DNA of 26,256 nt from Octopus sinensis (lineage: Eukaryota), in the NCBI RefSeq assembly GCF_006345805.1, contig NW_021824311.1, positions 1 through 26,256 on the forward strand. Direction: 5' to 3'. The position numbers and the translations under genes are program-made. The notes below the pieces were generated by a model. The model searched no databases. It worked only from the letters and a program-made list of their open reading frames with translations, and was not told the origin of the DNA. Shown piece after piece: positions 1 through 10,187 of the stretch. Within the stretch, counting starts at the first letter, position 1. Each line of letters starts with the position of its first letter.

Positions 1-67
1 ACCTTATGTTTTATACTCGCATAAAACAAAAGCTCTCTTGTCTACTCAACAATCTATTCTATATTTT

Positions 68-368
68 TCATTAGTGGTTAGAGCAGCGGACTTGCGGTCG
101 AGGAATCGCGGGTTCGAATCTCAGACCGGGTGGTGTGTGTGTTTATGAGCGAAAACACCTAAGCTCCACGCGGCTCCGGCAGAAGGTAATGGCGAAACTT
201 CTGCTGACTCTTTCGCCGCAACTTTCTCTCACTCTTTCCTCTTGCAGCTCACTTGCGACGGACCGGCGTCCCGTCCAGATGGGGAACCTATCGCCACGAC
301 AGCCTGGTGAAGCACCGCCTTAGAACGCAGTGTCAACCAGGCATCGCTCGAGAAGGAACAAACAACAT
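68..368 (+). mobile_element. tRNA-derived SINE (family C in this report)
   Basis: A-box-like TAGTGGTTAGAGC (~72-84) and B-box GGTTCGAATC (~111-120) with tRNA-like spacing. The body carries CACTTGCGACGGACCGGCGTCCCGTCCAG, resembling the central motif of V-/Meta-type SINEs, and ends in a short (AAC)-like tail. No complete tRNA cloverleaf with acceptor stem could be built. Confidence 0.75.
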
Positions 369-639
369 ATTTTTCATTACTTTATTTGATTTTAGGCTTC
401 TTGCATTTTTATTTCATCTCCCTTTTGTATTTATATTATATTATAATGCACCTAAAAGAATCCACTTCTATTAGTTCACCATAATATTAATATAAATACA
501 GCTTATCTGTAATATTAATAACTATTTATAATATATAGCTATTACAGTCTTATAACCACTTTCACAATTTATTTTTATTTAATGCTCTAGAGAAAGAAAT
601 TATTTTAACACCATATCCTATTCTTTATCTTTATTTTCA

Positions 640-1020
640 TTTATTTATTTTTTTTATCTAGTTTCAGCTCACAAGCTGTGGCCATGCTGGGGCACCGTCA
701 TTTGGTGTTGCTACATGATTTTACTCCACGAATGCTTTTTAGCAATTGCCATTTGGTGCATGAGAGAGTTCGATGCAGCTGCCCTCATCTGCACCTCCTG
801 CCGTGAAGTTGGTTCATCTGGGACACCTGACAAGAAGAGATCCATTTTTATTTTAAAGACATTTGCATCCACCCCAAGCAGGTCTCTTAGGTTCTTCGGG
901 AGGATATTGAAGAGCTGTGGGCCTCTGAAGCCCAGGCTATCACAGTATCTTGTCCTACATCTTGATGGCAAATTTGGAGTCCTTGGCACTATGCAGTTGC
1001 GCCCAGTTCTGGCATTTGTT
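640..1020 (-). mobile_element. CR1/L2-group LINE, 5'-truncated 3' end (ORF2 C-terminus, 3' UTR, A-rich tail)
   Basis: Minus-strand translation NARTGRNCIVPRTPNLPSRCRTRYCDSLGFRGPQLFNILPKNLRDL...FKIKMDLFLSGVPDEP...RAAASNSL fits the G-x-x-L-(F/W)-N-x-L-P...FK..LD.FL..PDEP C-terminus of CR1/L2-like ORF2. It is followed by GACGGTGCCCCAGCATGGCCACAG...GCTGAAAC and an A-rich tail. Confidence 0.8.
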
Positions 1021-1311
1021 TATTTTTTTATAATAACTTCCATAAATATACTACCTTCCTCCCCTTTGTAGGGTCATACCATGTCTTTTTTATATGACAT
1101 TTATCAGTTAACGGTTTGGAGCCGTACACTCAACACACTGGAACATGAAAATGTAATGGTATGTCTTTATCCACATCCGATGAGTTTCAGTTTTAAAATG
1201 TTTTTAATTAGATTAATTAATTTCTAAAAGTCTTGAATCGAAACAGCTGTCAGAGATGATGTCCTATTTATACTTAAATAATTATTAATTTAATTATCTC
1301 TCCATTTTCTT

Positions 1312-1322
1312 ATATATATATA

Positions 1323-1381
<59 letters not shown>

Positions 1382-1551
1382 GTATATATGTATATATATG
1401 TATATGTATATATACATGTGTATAAACACACACACACACACACCACACATATATATATATATATTATATTTATGTATATATATATATATATATGTTATAT
1501 ATATATGTATATATATACATATATGTGTATATATATGTATATATGTGTGTA

Positions 1552-1620
<69 letters not shown>

Positions 1621-1626
1621 ATATAT
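1312..1626. repeat. Compound dinucleotide microsatellite (TA)n/(CA)n/(TC)n/(TG)n
   Basis: Directly visible dinucleotide runs. Confidence 0.95.
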
Positions 1627-1785
1627 ACGTGACGGGCTTTCAGTTTCAGTCAATCAAATTCACTCATGACCTTTTGGTCGATCAGGTGCTATATTAAAAG
1701 GCACGTGACCAATACAGCTCCAAGCAGGTTTGATCCATCTACCACGTGGTTTGGAAGCAGACTACTTTCCAAGCATGTACGTATG
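1627..1785 (-). mobile_element. Decayed 5' half of family B SINE
   Basis: The reverse complement (…gtagtctgcttccaaaccacgtgg…tatagcacctgatcgaccaaaaggtcatgagtgaatttgattgactgaaactgaaagcccgtc) aligns by eye with 23130-23277. Confidence 0.65.
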
Positions 1786-2384
1786 CATGCATGTATGTAT
1801 GTACGTACGCATGTATGTATGTTTGTATATGTTTTAAGAGTTGTAACATGCATACAATATATATTTTACACAGTAGAAAGGAAATAATATAAAGAGACGG
1901 AAATTTGCAAAACGTAAGAAAGAAAAAGGAACATAGAAATGGCAAAAACGTAAGAATTTCTGGGAAGAAAAAAAAAATGGAAAAAGAAAGAACGACAAAC
2001 GGAAGACCAAAAATAATGCAAGCAAAAAGATAACAAAAGAATGAAAAAAAAGGGGAGAACGAAAAATGAATAAAGAGAAAAAGAGACAGAATACAAGAGA
2101 AGGGAAACAAGAAAAGGTAAAAAAGAAAGAGGTAGAGCGAACAAAGATGGAAACAAAGTCAGGCATCGAAAAAACTGAAAAAAAATCAAGAAATGACAAA
2201 ATATCGAAAGAATGAAAAAAGCGTGAAAAAAAAAAGAAGATAGACATACGAAAAAGAAGCAACAATAGCGGCTTGATTATATAACAATATGGTTCCATAC
2301 GGTTCTACGATTCTGTGTGCTAGAAATAGCAGCGAAAATAAAATACGGAATGAAAGCATTAAATAGTGATGTGTATAAATACAT

Positions 2385-2612
2385 AGATTGGCATATTTCG
2401 GTCGTATTATGCGGAGAAAATCCCTGGAGAAGGACATCATGCTCGGAATGGTCAGTGGCAAGAGAGGAAGAGGCCGACCAAGAACCCGCTGGCTTGACGC
2501 CATCAAGAGTGATACCGGAATGGACGTAGCCAATCTGAAAGAAGCGGCCTAGGATAGAACTGACTGGAGGACACTGATCCAACGATCGACTGAGCGGATA
2601 GATAAATAGATA
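2385..2612 (+). mobile_element. RTE-clade LINE 3' fragment (ORF C-terminus, one in-frame stop)
   Basis: Translation from 2385: RLAYFGRIMRRKSLEKDIMLGMVSGKRGRGRPRTRWLDAIKSDTGMDVANLKEAA*DRTDWRTLIQ, the typical RTE/BovB C-terminal G-x-R-x-RGRP-x-x-RW-x-D…A-x-DR-x-x-WR motif. Ends in a short (GATAAATA)2 tail. Confidence 0.85.
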
Positions 2613-3074
2613 AATACAAATTTCTTATAGGTTCAATTATACTCAGAGTGTATTCGAACCCGTAAGAAAGCCATTAACTGCGTTTTGTTATGGAGAAAAA
2701 TTCCTTGCTGTAGACAGATAGGTGTAAACGCACCGAGTCATTTCACAGCCTTCCTTAACCAGACTGTTGGGCGATTGCATTTCGTAGTGATTATTTCCTC
2801 GTCAGTATCAGATACCGGAAAGGCAGACGCTGCAAACTGACTCGAGATATAGTTCCATTTTATTATATTTCTGTTATTGTACAATGAATGGTTGCGCCAG
2901 TTGGCGGCTCCCCGCAAATAAAATACCGGACAAAAATGCTAAGCAGTGATGTGTGTGTGTATGTGTGTGCGTGTGTGGAGTCATGTGTGTACACATATAT
3001 AGGTGTATATTTACGAGTCTCTCTCACTCTATATATACATGTGTATATAAAGATATGCACACACACTCACACAC

Positions 3075-3168
<94 letters not shown>

Positions 3169-3184
3169 GTCTATCTATCTATCT
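3075..3184. repeat. (TATC)n microsatellite
   Basis: Near-perfect CTAT run. Confidence 0.95.
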
Positions 3185-3281
3185 AGTAATATGTAGGCAT
3201 ACTTATCACACACGCACGCGCATTCCTTTTATCCTAGGTTCGTTCTGTCGGAGCTGAACAGTGGAATAAGTAACAACAGTA

Positions 3282-3297
3282 ACTACTACTGCTGCTG

Positions 3298-3349
<52 letters not shown>

Positions 3350-3357
3350 CACTACCA
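3282..3357. repeat. (CTA)n microsatellite
   Basis: Directly visible. Confidence 0.95.
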
Positions 3358-4203
3358 CTCGTGATTTCTGTCATGTCCTCGACTGATTTAGTTTTGTTAG
3401 TAGGCTTTTACAAATAATTAATAGGAGTTAATTAAAGCAGAAAAGAATGAGGAAGAAAGGGAAATAATGAAAGAAAAGCGAAGGAAAATAAAACTAAAAA
3501 AAAAAGTGTAGTAAAAAAGACCTAAAATGAAACCCGAAACCAAAAAGAACGCAATGCGAAAAAAAGAAAGAGAATGCAATAAATAAATAAGATGGAGAAA
3601 AAAAAAAGCTAAAATAAATGGAAGCAAGGCTATAGATAAATAAATAAAGAAAGAAAGAAGCAAATGTGTTGATATATTAGTAAATAAATAAATAAATGCG
3701 TCGAGCGAAAACAAAAGGTGAGAACTGAAAAGGAAGACATATTTGTAAAGGGAGATAACCAATCATTTGTAGGATTTCTTTTTGTGTCTATTTTACGTAC
3801 GACAAGAAAATTCTTCCAATTCATAAACCGCTTTTTCCCCCCTGCTAAATAATATATATTGATTTATTTGATAATCATTAGGTGACGCCAATTTCTTCGG
3901 ATTTCCGTATTTCTCCACGGTTCTCTGTTGACCGAGCATAATAGAAACAAATTCATCCAATTTTGGTTGAAGACGTGAATTGTATTTTTGATTAAACTGG
4001 ATTTCCCGCACCTCCTCCCCCACCCAATAAAAACGAAAACGAACAAACAAAAAAGAAATCATGATGAGCGAGCCGAAAGAACCTATAGAGGAATAACGAA
4101 ATGGTATTGGATTTGGTGAGGGCTTTGGTGCTGTTGCCCTAGGGAGGAGCGGTGATGGTAACCGTGGTAGCGGTGGTGGTGTTCAAGTTAATTGTGGTAT
4201 TGG

Positions 4204-4984
4204 TGTTAGCTGGCAGAATTGTTAGCATGCCGGGCGAAATGCTTAGCGGTATTTCGTCTGCCGCTACGTTCTGAGTACAAATTCCGCCGAGGTCGACTTT
4301 CCTCTTTCATCCTTTCGGGGTCGATTAAATAAGTACCAGTTACGCACTGGGGTCGATGTAATCGACTTAATCCGTGTGTTTGTCCTTGTTTCTTCCCTCT
4401 GTGTTTAGCCCCTTGTGAGTAGTAAAGAAATAGGTATTTCGTCTGCCGCTACGTTCTGAGTTTAAATTCCGCCGAGGTCGACTTTGCTCTTTCATCCTTT
4501 CGGAGTCGATAAATTAAATACCAGTTACGCACTGGGGTCGATGTAATCGACTTAATCCGTGTGTTTGTCTTGTTTGTTCCCTCTGTGTTTAGCCCCTTGT
4601 GGGTAGTAAAGAAATAGGTATTTCATCTGCAGCTACGTTCTGAGTTCAAATTCCGCCGAGGTCGACTTTGCCTTTCATCCTTTCGGGGTCGATTAAATAA
4701 GTACCAGTTACGCACTAGGGTCGATGTAATCGACTTGATCTGTTTTTCTGTCCTTGTTTGTCCTCTCTGTGTTTAGCCCCTTGTGGGTAGTAAAGAAATA
4801 GGTATTTCGTCTGACGCTACGTTCTGAGTTCAAATTCCACCGAGATCGACTTTACCTTTCATCCTTTCGAGGTCGATTAAATAAGTACCAGTTACGCACT
4901 GGGGTCGATGTAATCGACTTAATCCGTTTGTATGTCCTTGTTTGTCCTCTCTGTGTTTAGCCCCTTGTGGGTAGTAAAGAAATA
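4204..4984 (+). mobile_element. Family A SINE head followed by four head-to-tail 184-185 bp units (SINE multimer)
   Basis: One head (GTTAGCTGGCAGAATTGTTAGCATGCCGGGCGAAATGCTTAGC). Units start at GGTATTT at 4248, 4433, 4617 and 4801. Each has a B-box-like GAGTTCAAATTCC, the GTCGAT-GTA-ATCGAC hairpin and the tail TCTGTGTTTAGCCCCTTGTG(G/A)GTAGTAAAGAAATA. Confidence 0.9.
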
Positions 4985-4989
4985 GATAT

Positions 4990-5786
4990 TGGTGTCAGTG
5001 CTAGGTACTTATAATGATAGTAGTAGTGGTGGGCCTGGTCGTGTTGGTGCTTATGGTGTTGGTCTTATTGGGAGAGGCGGTGATGCTGCGGTTGGTGATA
5101 GCGGTGCTTGTCGTATTGATCGTAGGAGTGGTTCTTATGGGATTGGTAGTTGCGGCGGCGGCGGTAGTGGTGTTGATGTTGACATTTTTGTGTTTTGTTT
5201 ACCGAAGAAAATTCACGAAATTTCATTTAATTTGGTTTCGGGCGTGAAGAGTAATTTAGATTAATCTGAATATTTTTGAAGAAAGAAAAATTAACGAAAG
5301 TGTCTGCTGTTCCAATTGGTGTGACTGTGGTGGTGGAGGTGGCTACGGCAGGAGCGGTGGCAGTGGTGTTGGAGGTGGAGGTGGCCATGGCAGTAGCGGT
5401 GGCAGTGGTGGTAGTATTGTTGTTGGTGGTGTTGGTGTTGATGTTGCTACTGTCGTTGGTGGTGTCGTAATGAGAGTTGTGATGGTGGTGGTGGTTGTAG
5501 GGTTGGTGGTTGTTGTTGTTGTGGTGGTGTTGGTGTTGGTAATGGTGGTGGTAGTTGTCTTTGTGTTAGTGGTTGTGATGATACCATTTCTGGTGGTGGT
5601 GGTGGTGGTGGTGGCGGCTACGTTGTTGGCGTTTCTATTGATATGTCTCTATTTAACCTCCATTAATTTAAGAATTACGTTAACGCAGCAAAAATCAGTC
5701 GAACACGTAACAGAAATCACCTCATAGTCGTGGTGGTGGTGAAGGTGGTAGTAGTAGTAGTAGCAGCAGTAGTAGTAGTGGTGGTG

Positions 5787-5828
<42 letters not shown>

Positions 5829-5829
5829 C
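4990..5829. repeat. GT-rich low-complexity region ((GGT)n, (GTT)n, (GTA)n) with small unique islands
   Basis: Degenerate trinucleotide runs; the overlapping ORFs are poly-Val artefacts. Confidence 0.8.
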
Positions 5830-5830
5830 T

Positions 5831-5945
5831 CTGCCTTTCATCCTTTCGGGGTCAATAAATTAAGTACCAGTTGTGTACTGGGGTCGATGTAATCGACTAT
5901 CCTCCTCCTCCAAATTTCAGGCCTTGTGCCTATAGTAGAAAGGAT
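5831..5945 (+). mobile_element. 5'-truncated family A SINE with alternative tail, ending in (TTA)n
   Basis: CTGCCTTTCATCCTTTCGGGGTCAATAAATTAAGTACCAGTT…GGGGTCGATGTAATCGACT matches the family A body. The tail AAATTTCAGGCCTTGTGCCTATAGTAGAAAGG differs from that of the 184-bp unit. Confidence 0.85.
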
Positions 5946-5999
5946 TATTATTATAACTAATATTATTGTTGTTATTATTATTTATTATTATTATTGTTA

Positions 6000-6030
<31 letters not shown>

Positions 6031-6193
6031 GTATATTATTATATTATTATTTTATTATCATTATTATTATTATTATTATATTATTATTATTATATTATTA
6101 TTGTTATTATTGTTATTATTGTTTATATTATTAAATTATTATCATTATTATTATTATTGATTATTATTATTATAATTATTATTATTATTATTA

Positions 6194-6236
<43 letters not shown>

Positions 6237-6257
6237 TATTATATTATTCTATTATTA

Positions 6258-6319
<62 letters not shown>

Positions 6320-6386
6320 TATGGTTATTATTGTTTATTATTATTAAAATTATTATTATTTATTATTATTATATTATTATTTATTA

Positions 6387-6424
<38 letters not shown>

Positions 6425-6482
6425 TCACCATCATCATCATCTTATCATCGTCGTCGTCATCATCGCCATCATCATCATCATT
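5944..6482. repeat. Long (TTA)n microsatellite grading into (TCA)n
   Basis: Directly visible; begins at the SINE tail. Confidence 0.95.
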
Positions 6483-6919
6483 GAAATATCGGAAGCGAGA
6501 CATATTTCTTCTCGCTTAGTTTTAAGAATATGTGGAAATGCAATTCAAATGATGATAGCCGATGATTATGAAAATCGTGGTGATGAGGATGATGATGATG
6601 ATGATGATGAAGACGAGGGCGTAGTGGGTGACGATTTTTGATGGTGATGAGATGATGATGATGATGATGGGATGACATTAATATTTATAGCTGGAGACAT
6701 AAAACTCAGTTTTATCTATATGCTGAAATCTGAAGCGAATTATGTGGTTGTATTTCCTTTCTAAATAGATTGAAACAACAACAACAACAACAACAACAAC
6801 GACGACGACGACGACGACAATAGCATCAGGAGAGGCAGCAACAACAACAACAGCTACAGGAAGAAGAAAATAGATTATATATAAACAAACACTATTATTA
6901 TAATTATGAATATTGTTAA

Positions 6920-7125
6920 AGAGTCGAGCCGGACTAAATGCGTAGCGGAATTTTGTTCGTATTTACGTAATATCCTGAGTTCAAATCCTGCCGAGGTCAG
7001 CTTTGCCTTTCAACCTTTCGGGGTCGATATAATAAGTGTCCGTTGAACACGGGGGTCGATACAATCGACTCACTCCCACCCCCCAAATTTACTGGCATTG
7101 TGCCAAAATTTAAAACCATTATTAA
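6920..7125 (+). mobile_element. Diverged family A SINE
   Basis: CTGAGTTCAAATCCTGCCGAGGTCAGCTTTGCCTTTCAACCTTTCGGGGTCGAT…GTCGATACAATCGAC, with tail AAATTTACTGGCATTGTGCCAAAATTTAAAACCATTATT. Confidence 0.8.
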
Positions 7126-7133
7126 CTCTGCAA

Positions 7134-7382
7134 GGAAGGCAGCGAGCTGGCAGAATCGTGAGCGAACCCGACAAAATACTCAGCGGCATTTCGTCCGTCT
7201 TTACTTCATACTCTGAGTTCAAATTCCGCCGAGGTCGACTTTGTTTTTCAATCCTTCGGGTTCGGTAAAATAAGTACCTGTTGAACACTGGGGTCGATGT
7301 AATCGATTAAACCCCCTGCCCTAAAATTGCTGCCCTTGTAACACAATTTTAAAATATTGTTTTTATTATTATTATTATTATT
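7134..7382 (+). mobile_element. Full-length family A SINE with (TTA)n tail
   Basis: Head GAAGGCAGCGAGCTGGCAGAATCGTGAGC, B-box-like GAGTTCAAATTCC, body motif and hairpin, (TTA)n at ~7363-7382. Confidence 0.85.
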
Positions 7383-8936
7383 GAGTGAGAGAGTCGTGCA
7401 TGCCATCAAAGTAACACTGGGGTACAAATATTCGAAGCCCAGTATACCCATCATGACTACCCGTCTGATAAGGGTACACAAGGCACATGCATCACAACCA
7501 CATACATCACAACCATTTTTTTTTTTTTTAAGTTAAATTAAAATACATGAGCAGCAACAATTCTCACATCGACAATGCTCTTCTCAATACGTGTGATGTA
7601 CCAGTTAAGACAATCTTTTGCACTTCTTGCAGGGATGGTATGCCAGGGATCATTCTCATATAATTTTCGGTTCCCTTCTTGATCATTCCTAGTGCTCCTA
7701 CGATCACTGGTATTGTAACCGCCTTGAGATGCCACATTTTCTCAATTTCAATGAGTAGGTCTTTATATTTTCTGAGCTTGTCAAACTCTTTCGCTGAGAT
7801 ATTATGATCACAGGGGATGCTCATGTCGATCAATAAGCAAACTTTATTGTTTTGGTCTTTCACAACAATATCTGGTTTATTGGCCTTGATGGTTCGGTCT
7901 GTATGTACTGGAAAGTCCCACAGAATGGTTACATTTTCTCCTTCAGTTACAGCCTCAGGGTGCTGATTATACCACTTGTAGGCAGTTTTGATATTATAAT
8001 GCCGACTTATTAGCCAGTGGAGATATTGGCCAACTCTGTCATGTCTTAATTTATACTCCACTGGTGCTAAGACTTTACATCCAGAGATTAGGTGGTCCAC
8101 TGTTTCAATCATGTCGTTGCAGAATCGGCATTTTGGGTCTGCTCCATTTTTCATCACATTGGTCTGGTAGTTCCGGGTTAATAGACTTTGATCTTGAGCA
8201 GCCAGGATGAAACCTTCACTCTCTGCTTTTAGCCCTGAGCTCCGTAGCCACTGATGGGTTTGCTTCTGGTCAACATCAGCTTGTTTGCTGCGGGCCACAT
8301 ATTTGCCGTGCAGAGGTTTCTCCTCCCACCTATCAGCCAATTGCTCGTGCGCTTTTTTCGTTGCCATTATTTTCACCTTCTTTGCAACAATAGTTGCCGT
8401 ACTTCCCTCGGGTTGTTCAGTTTGGGTATCCTGCACGAGATCAATAGCAACTTTTTTGCTTTCCTTTATGATAGAATGAAGCTTCTTTCGTCTCTCGTGA
8501 TTTTCCACGAGCTTTAGCATCCAGTCATTCGTTATTTCGAGGATATTTGGCCAGTCCAATTGTGGTTGTTTGTAAGCTAGTCAAATTAGATCAGGCCTCG
8601 ACCTCCTTGGGCTCTGGGAAGGTAAAGGCGATCTACGTCCGCCTTGGGTGGTGCACCTATTACAACTCAGCAGCTGCGTATTTTCCTATCTATATTCTTT
8701 ACTTCACTCATATTCCAGTTCAAAACACTTGTAGCTATAAAGTAACAACTGGAACTGCTAAGGGAATTATAGCTAACACCTTTTACGTGCATTAGTTCAG
8801 ATTTCAGGACTGCACGAACTCTCCTATAAACATTCCTTCCTGATTTTCTTTCGTGCTTGCATGCTGAATACCAGAGCCTTAATTTATCCCTAAAATATTT
8901 GTATGTTTGTTCTTGTCAAGCTCTCTTATGATGTTA
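7383..8936 (-). mobile_element. R4/Dong-like RLE non-LTR retrotransposon, 5'-truncated, inserted in a (TAA)n tract
   Basis: Minus-strand ORF has a CCHC knuckle (CRFC-x8-H-x4-C), RHD and PD-(D/E)xK RLE motifs (KPDIVV…LIDMSIP…KLRKY). The frameshifted upstream part 8560-8936 rethreads to YKYLG…ELNARNKVLAINSLAVP…HHPKADVDRLYLPRAQGGRGL. (TAA)n flanks both ends. Confidence 0.9.
7564..8559 (-). CDS. C-terminal part of R4/Dong-like RT-RLE polyprotein (post-RT region, CCHC zinc knuckle, restriction-like endonuclease)
   Basis: ORF track 331 aa with CRFCNDMIETVDHLISGC, LRHDRV, WDFPVHTDRTIKANKPDIVV, IDMSIP, KLRKY and IPVIVGALG, ending VLRRALSM*. Homology continues through frameshifts to ~8936. The RT catalytic YxDD motif is absent because of truncation. 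Confidence 0.85.
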   Translation of the reverse strand: MDWPNILEITNDWMLKLVENHERRKKLHSIIKESKKVAIDLVQDTQTEQPEGSTATIVAKKVKIMATKKAHEQLADRWEEKPLHGKYVARSKQADVDQKQTHQWLRSSGLKAESEGFILAAQDQSLLTRNYQTNVMKNGADPKCRFCNDMIETVDHLISGCKVLAPVEYKLRHDRVGQYLHWLISRHYNIKTAYKWYNQHPEAVTEGENVTILWDFPVHTDRTIKANKPDIVVKDQNNKVCLLIDMSIPCDHNISAKEFDKLRKYKDLLIEIEKMWHLKAVTIPVIVGALGMIKKGTENYMRMIPGIPSLQEVQKIVLTGTSHVLRRALSM

Positions 8937-9180
8937 TATATTATTATTATTATTATTATATTATAATTATTATTATTATTATTATTATATTATTATTATA
9001 CATCATCATCATCATCAATCATCATCATCATCATTCATTATTATTATTATATTATTATTATTATTATTATATTATTATTATTATTATTACTATTATTATT
9101 ATTATTATTATATTATTATTATTATTATTATTATTATTATCATCATCATCATCATCATCATCACAATCATCATCATCGTT
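8937..9180. repeat. (TTA)n/(TCA)n microsatellite
   Basis: Directly visible; abuts the 5' end of the Dong-like element. Confidence 0.95.
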
Positions 9181-9502
9181 ACCGTTGTAATTACTTGTTT
9201 TCCTCCCACTTCTTTCACGGTTTTTCTTTTGCAATCACCAGAGAATTACATAAATGCAAGAAATGGTGATTGCTTAAATAAGTGTTTTCAGCGACCTCCC
9301 ATGAGCGATGTCATCAACGCGTATCAGTTACAGGAAGAAATGTATACGCAGAACATATATCGTAGCGTCGATTATACATTAAATGTAAGAGATATTAAGA
9401 GGCTGCAGCTAAGCATCAAATCAATTCATAAGATTTATTCAGTAAAATCTGGCGTAGGAAGACGACAAAGGAACACACGGAAAGCAGGGAACACACACAC
9501 AC

Positions 9503-9572
9503 ACAATCCGAAAGGATGAAAGGCGAAGTCGACTTCTTTTGGAATTTGAACTCAGAATGTAGCGACGGGTGG
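9503..9572 (-). mobile_element. Family A SINE internal fragment
   Basis: Reverse complement CCCGTCGCTACATTCTGAGTTCAAATTCC…GTCGACTTCGCCTTTCATCCTTTCGG. Confidence 0.75.
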
Positions 9573-9575
9573 AAT

Positions 9576-10187
<612 letters not shown>

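Noticed and set aside
68-135. Possible tRNA gene
   Set aside because: A and B boxes are present, but there is no acceptor-stem pairing or poly-T terminator, and the sequence continues into a SINE body.
1865-2265. A-rich purine tracts giving Phe/Ser-rich antisense ORFs (also 3420-3760)
   Set aside because: Low-complexity sequence without periodic or coding structure.
3246-3260. 11-nt match (TTCAGCTCCGA, reverse strand) to the Tx1 5' UTR near a (TATC)n tract
   Set aside because: Too short, not adjacent to the repeat, and the flanks do not extend.
3793-4062. 89-aa minus-strand ORF in non-repetitive sequence
   Set aside because: No recognisable domain and no convincing splice-site pair.
4248-4984. 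Regular repeats superficially like a CRISPR array
   Set aside because: The whole 184-bp unit repeats with no unique spacers, and the context is eukaryotic SINE sequence.
4989-5727. Gly/Val-rich ORFs resembling membrane or structural proteins
   Set aside because: GT-rich trinucleotide low complexity; no domain or splice support.
5926-6519. 197-aa Ile/Leu/Tyr-rich ORF, and similar ORFs at 9651-10232, 24263-24862 and 24648-25385
   Set aside because: These are translations of (TTA)n/(TAA)n/(TTC)n microsatellites, which lack stops in some frames.
9229-9519. 96-aa ORF downstream of a pyrimidine tract
   Set aside because: No recognisable homology; it ends inside (CA)n and a SINE fragment.
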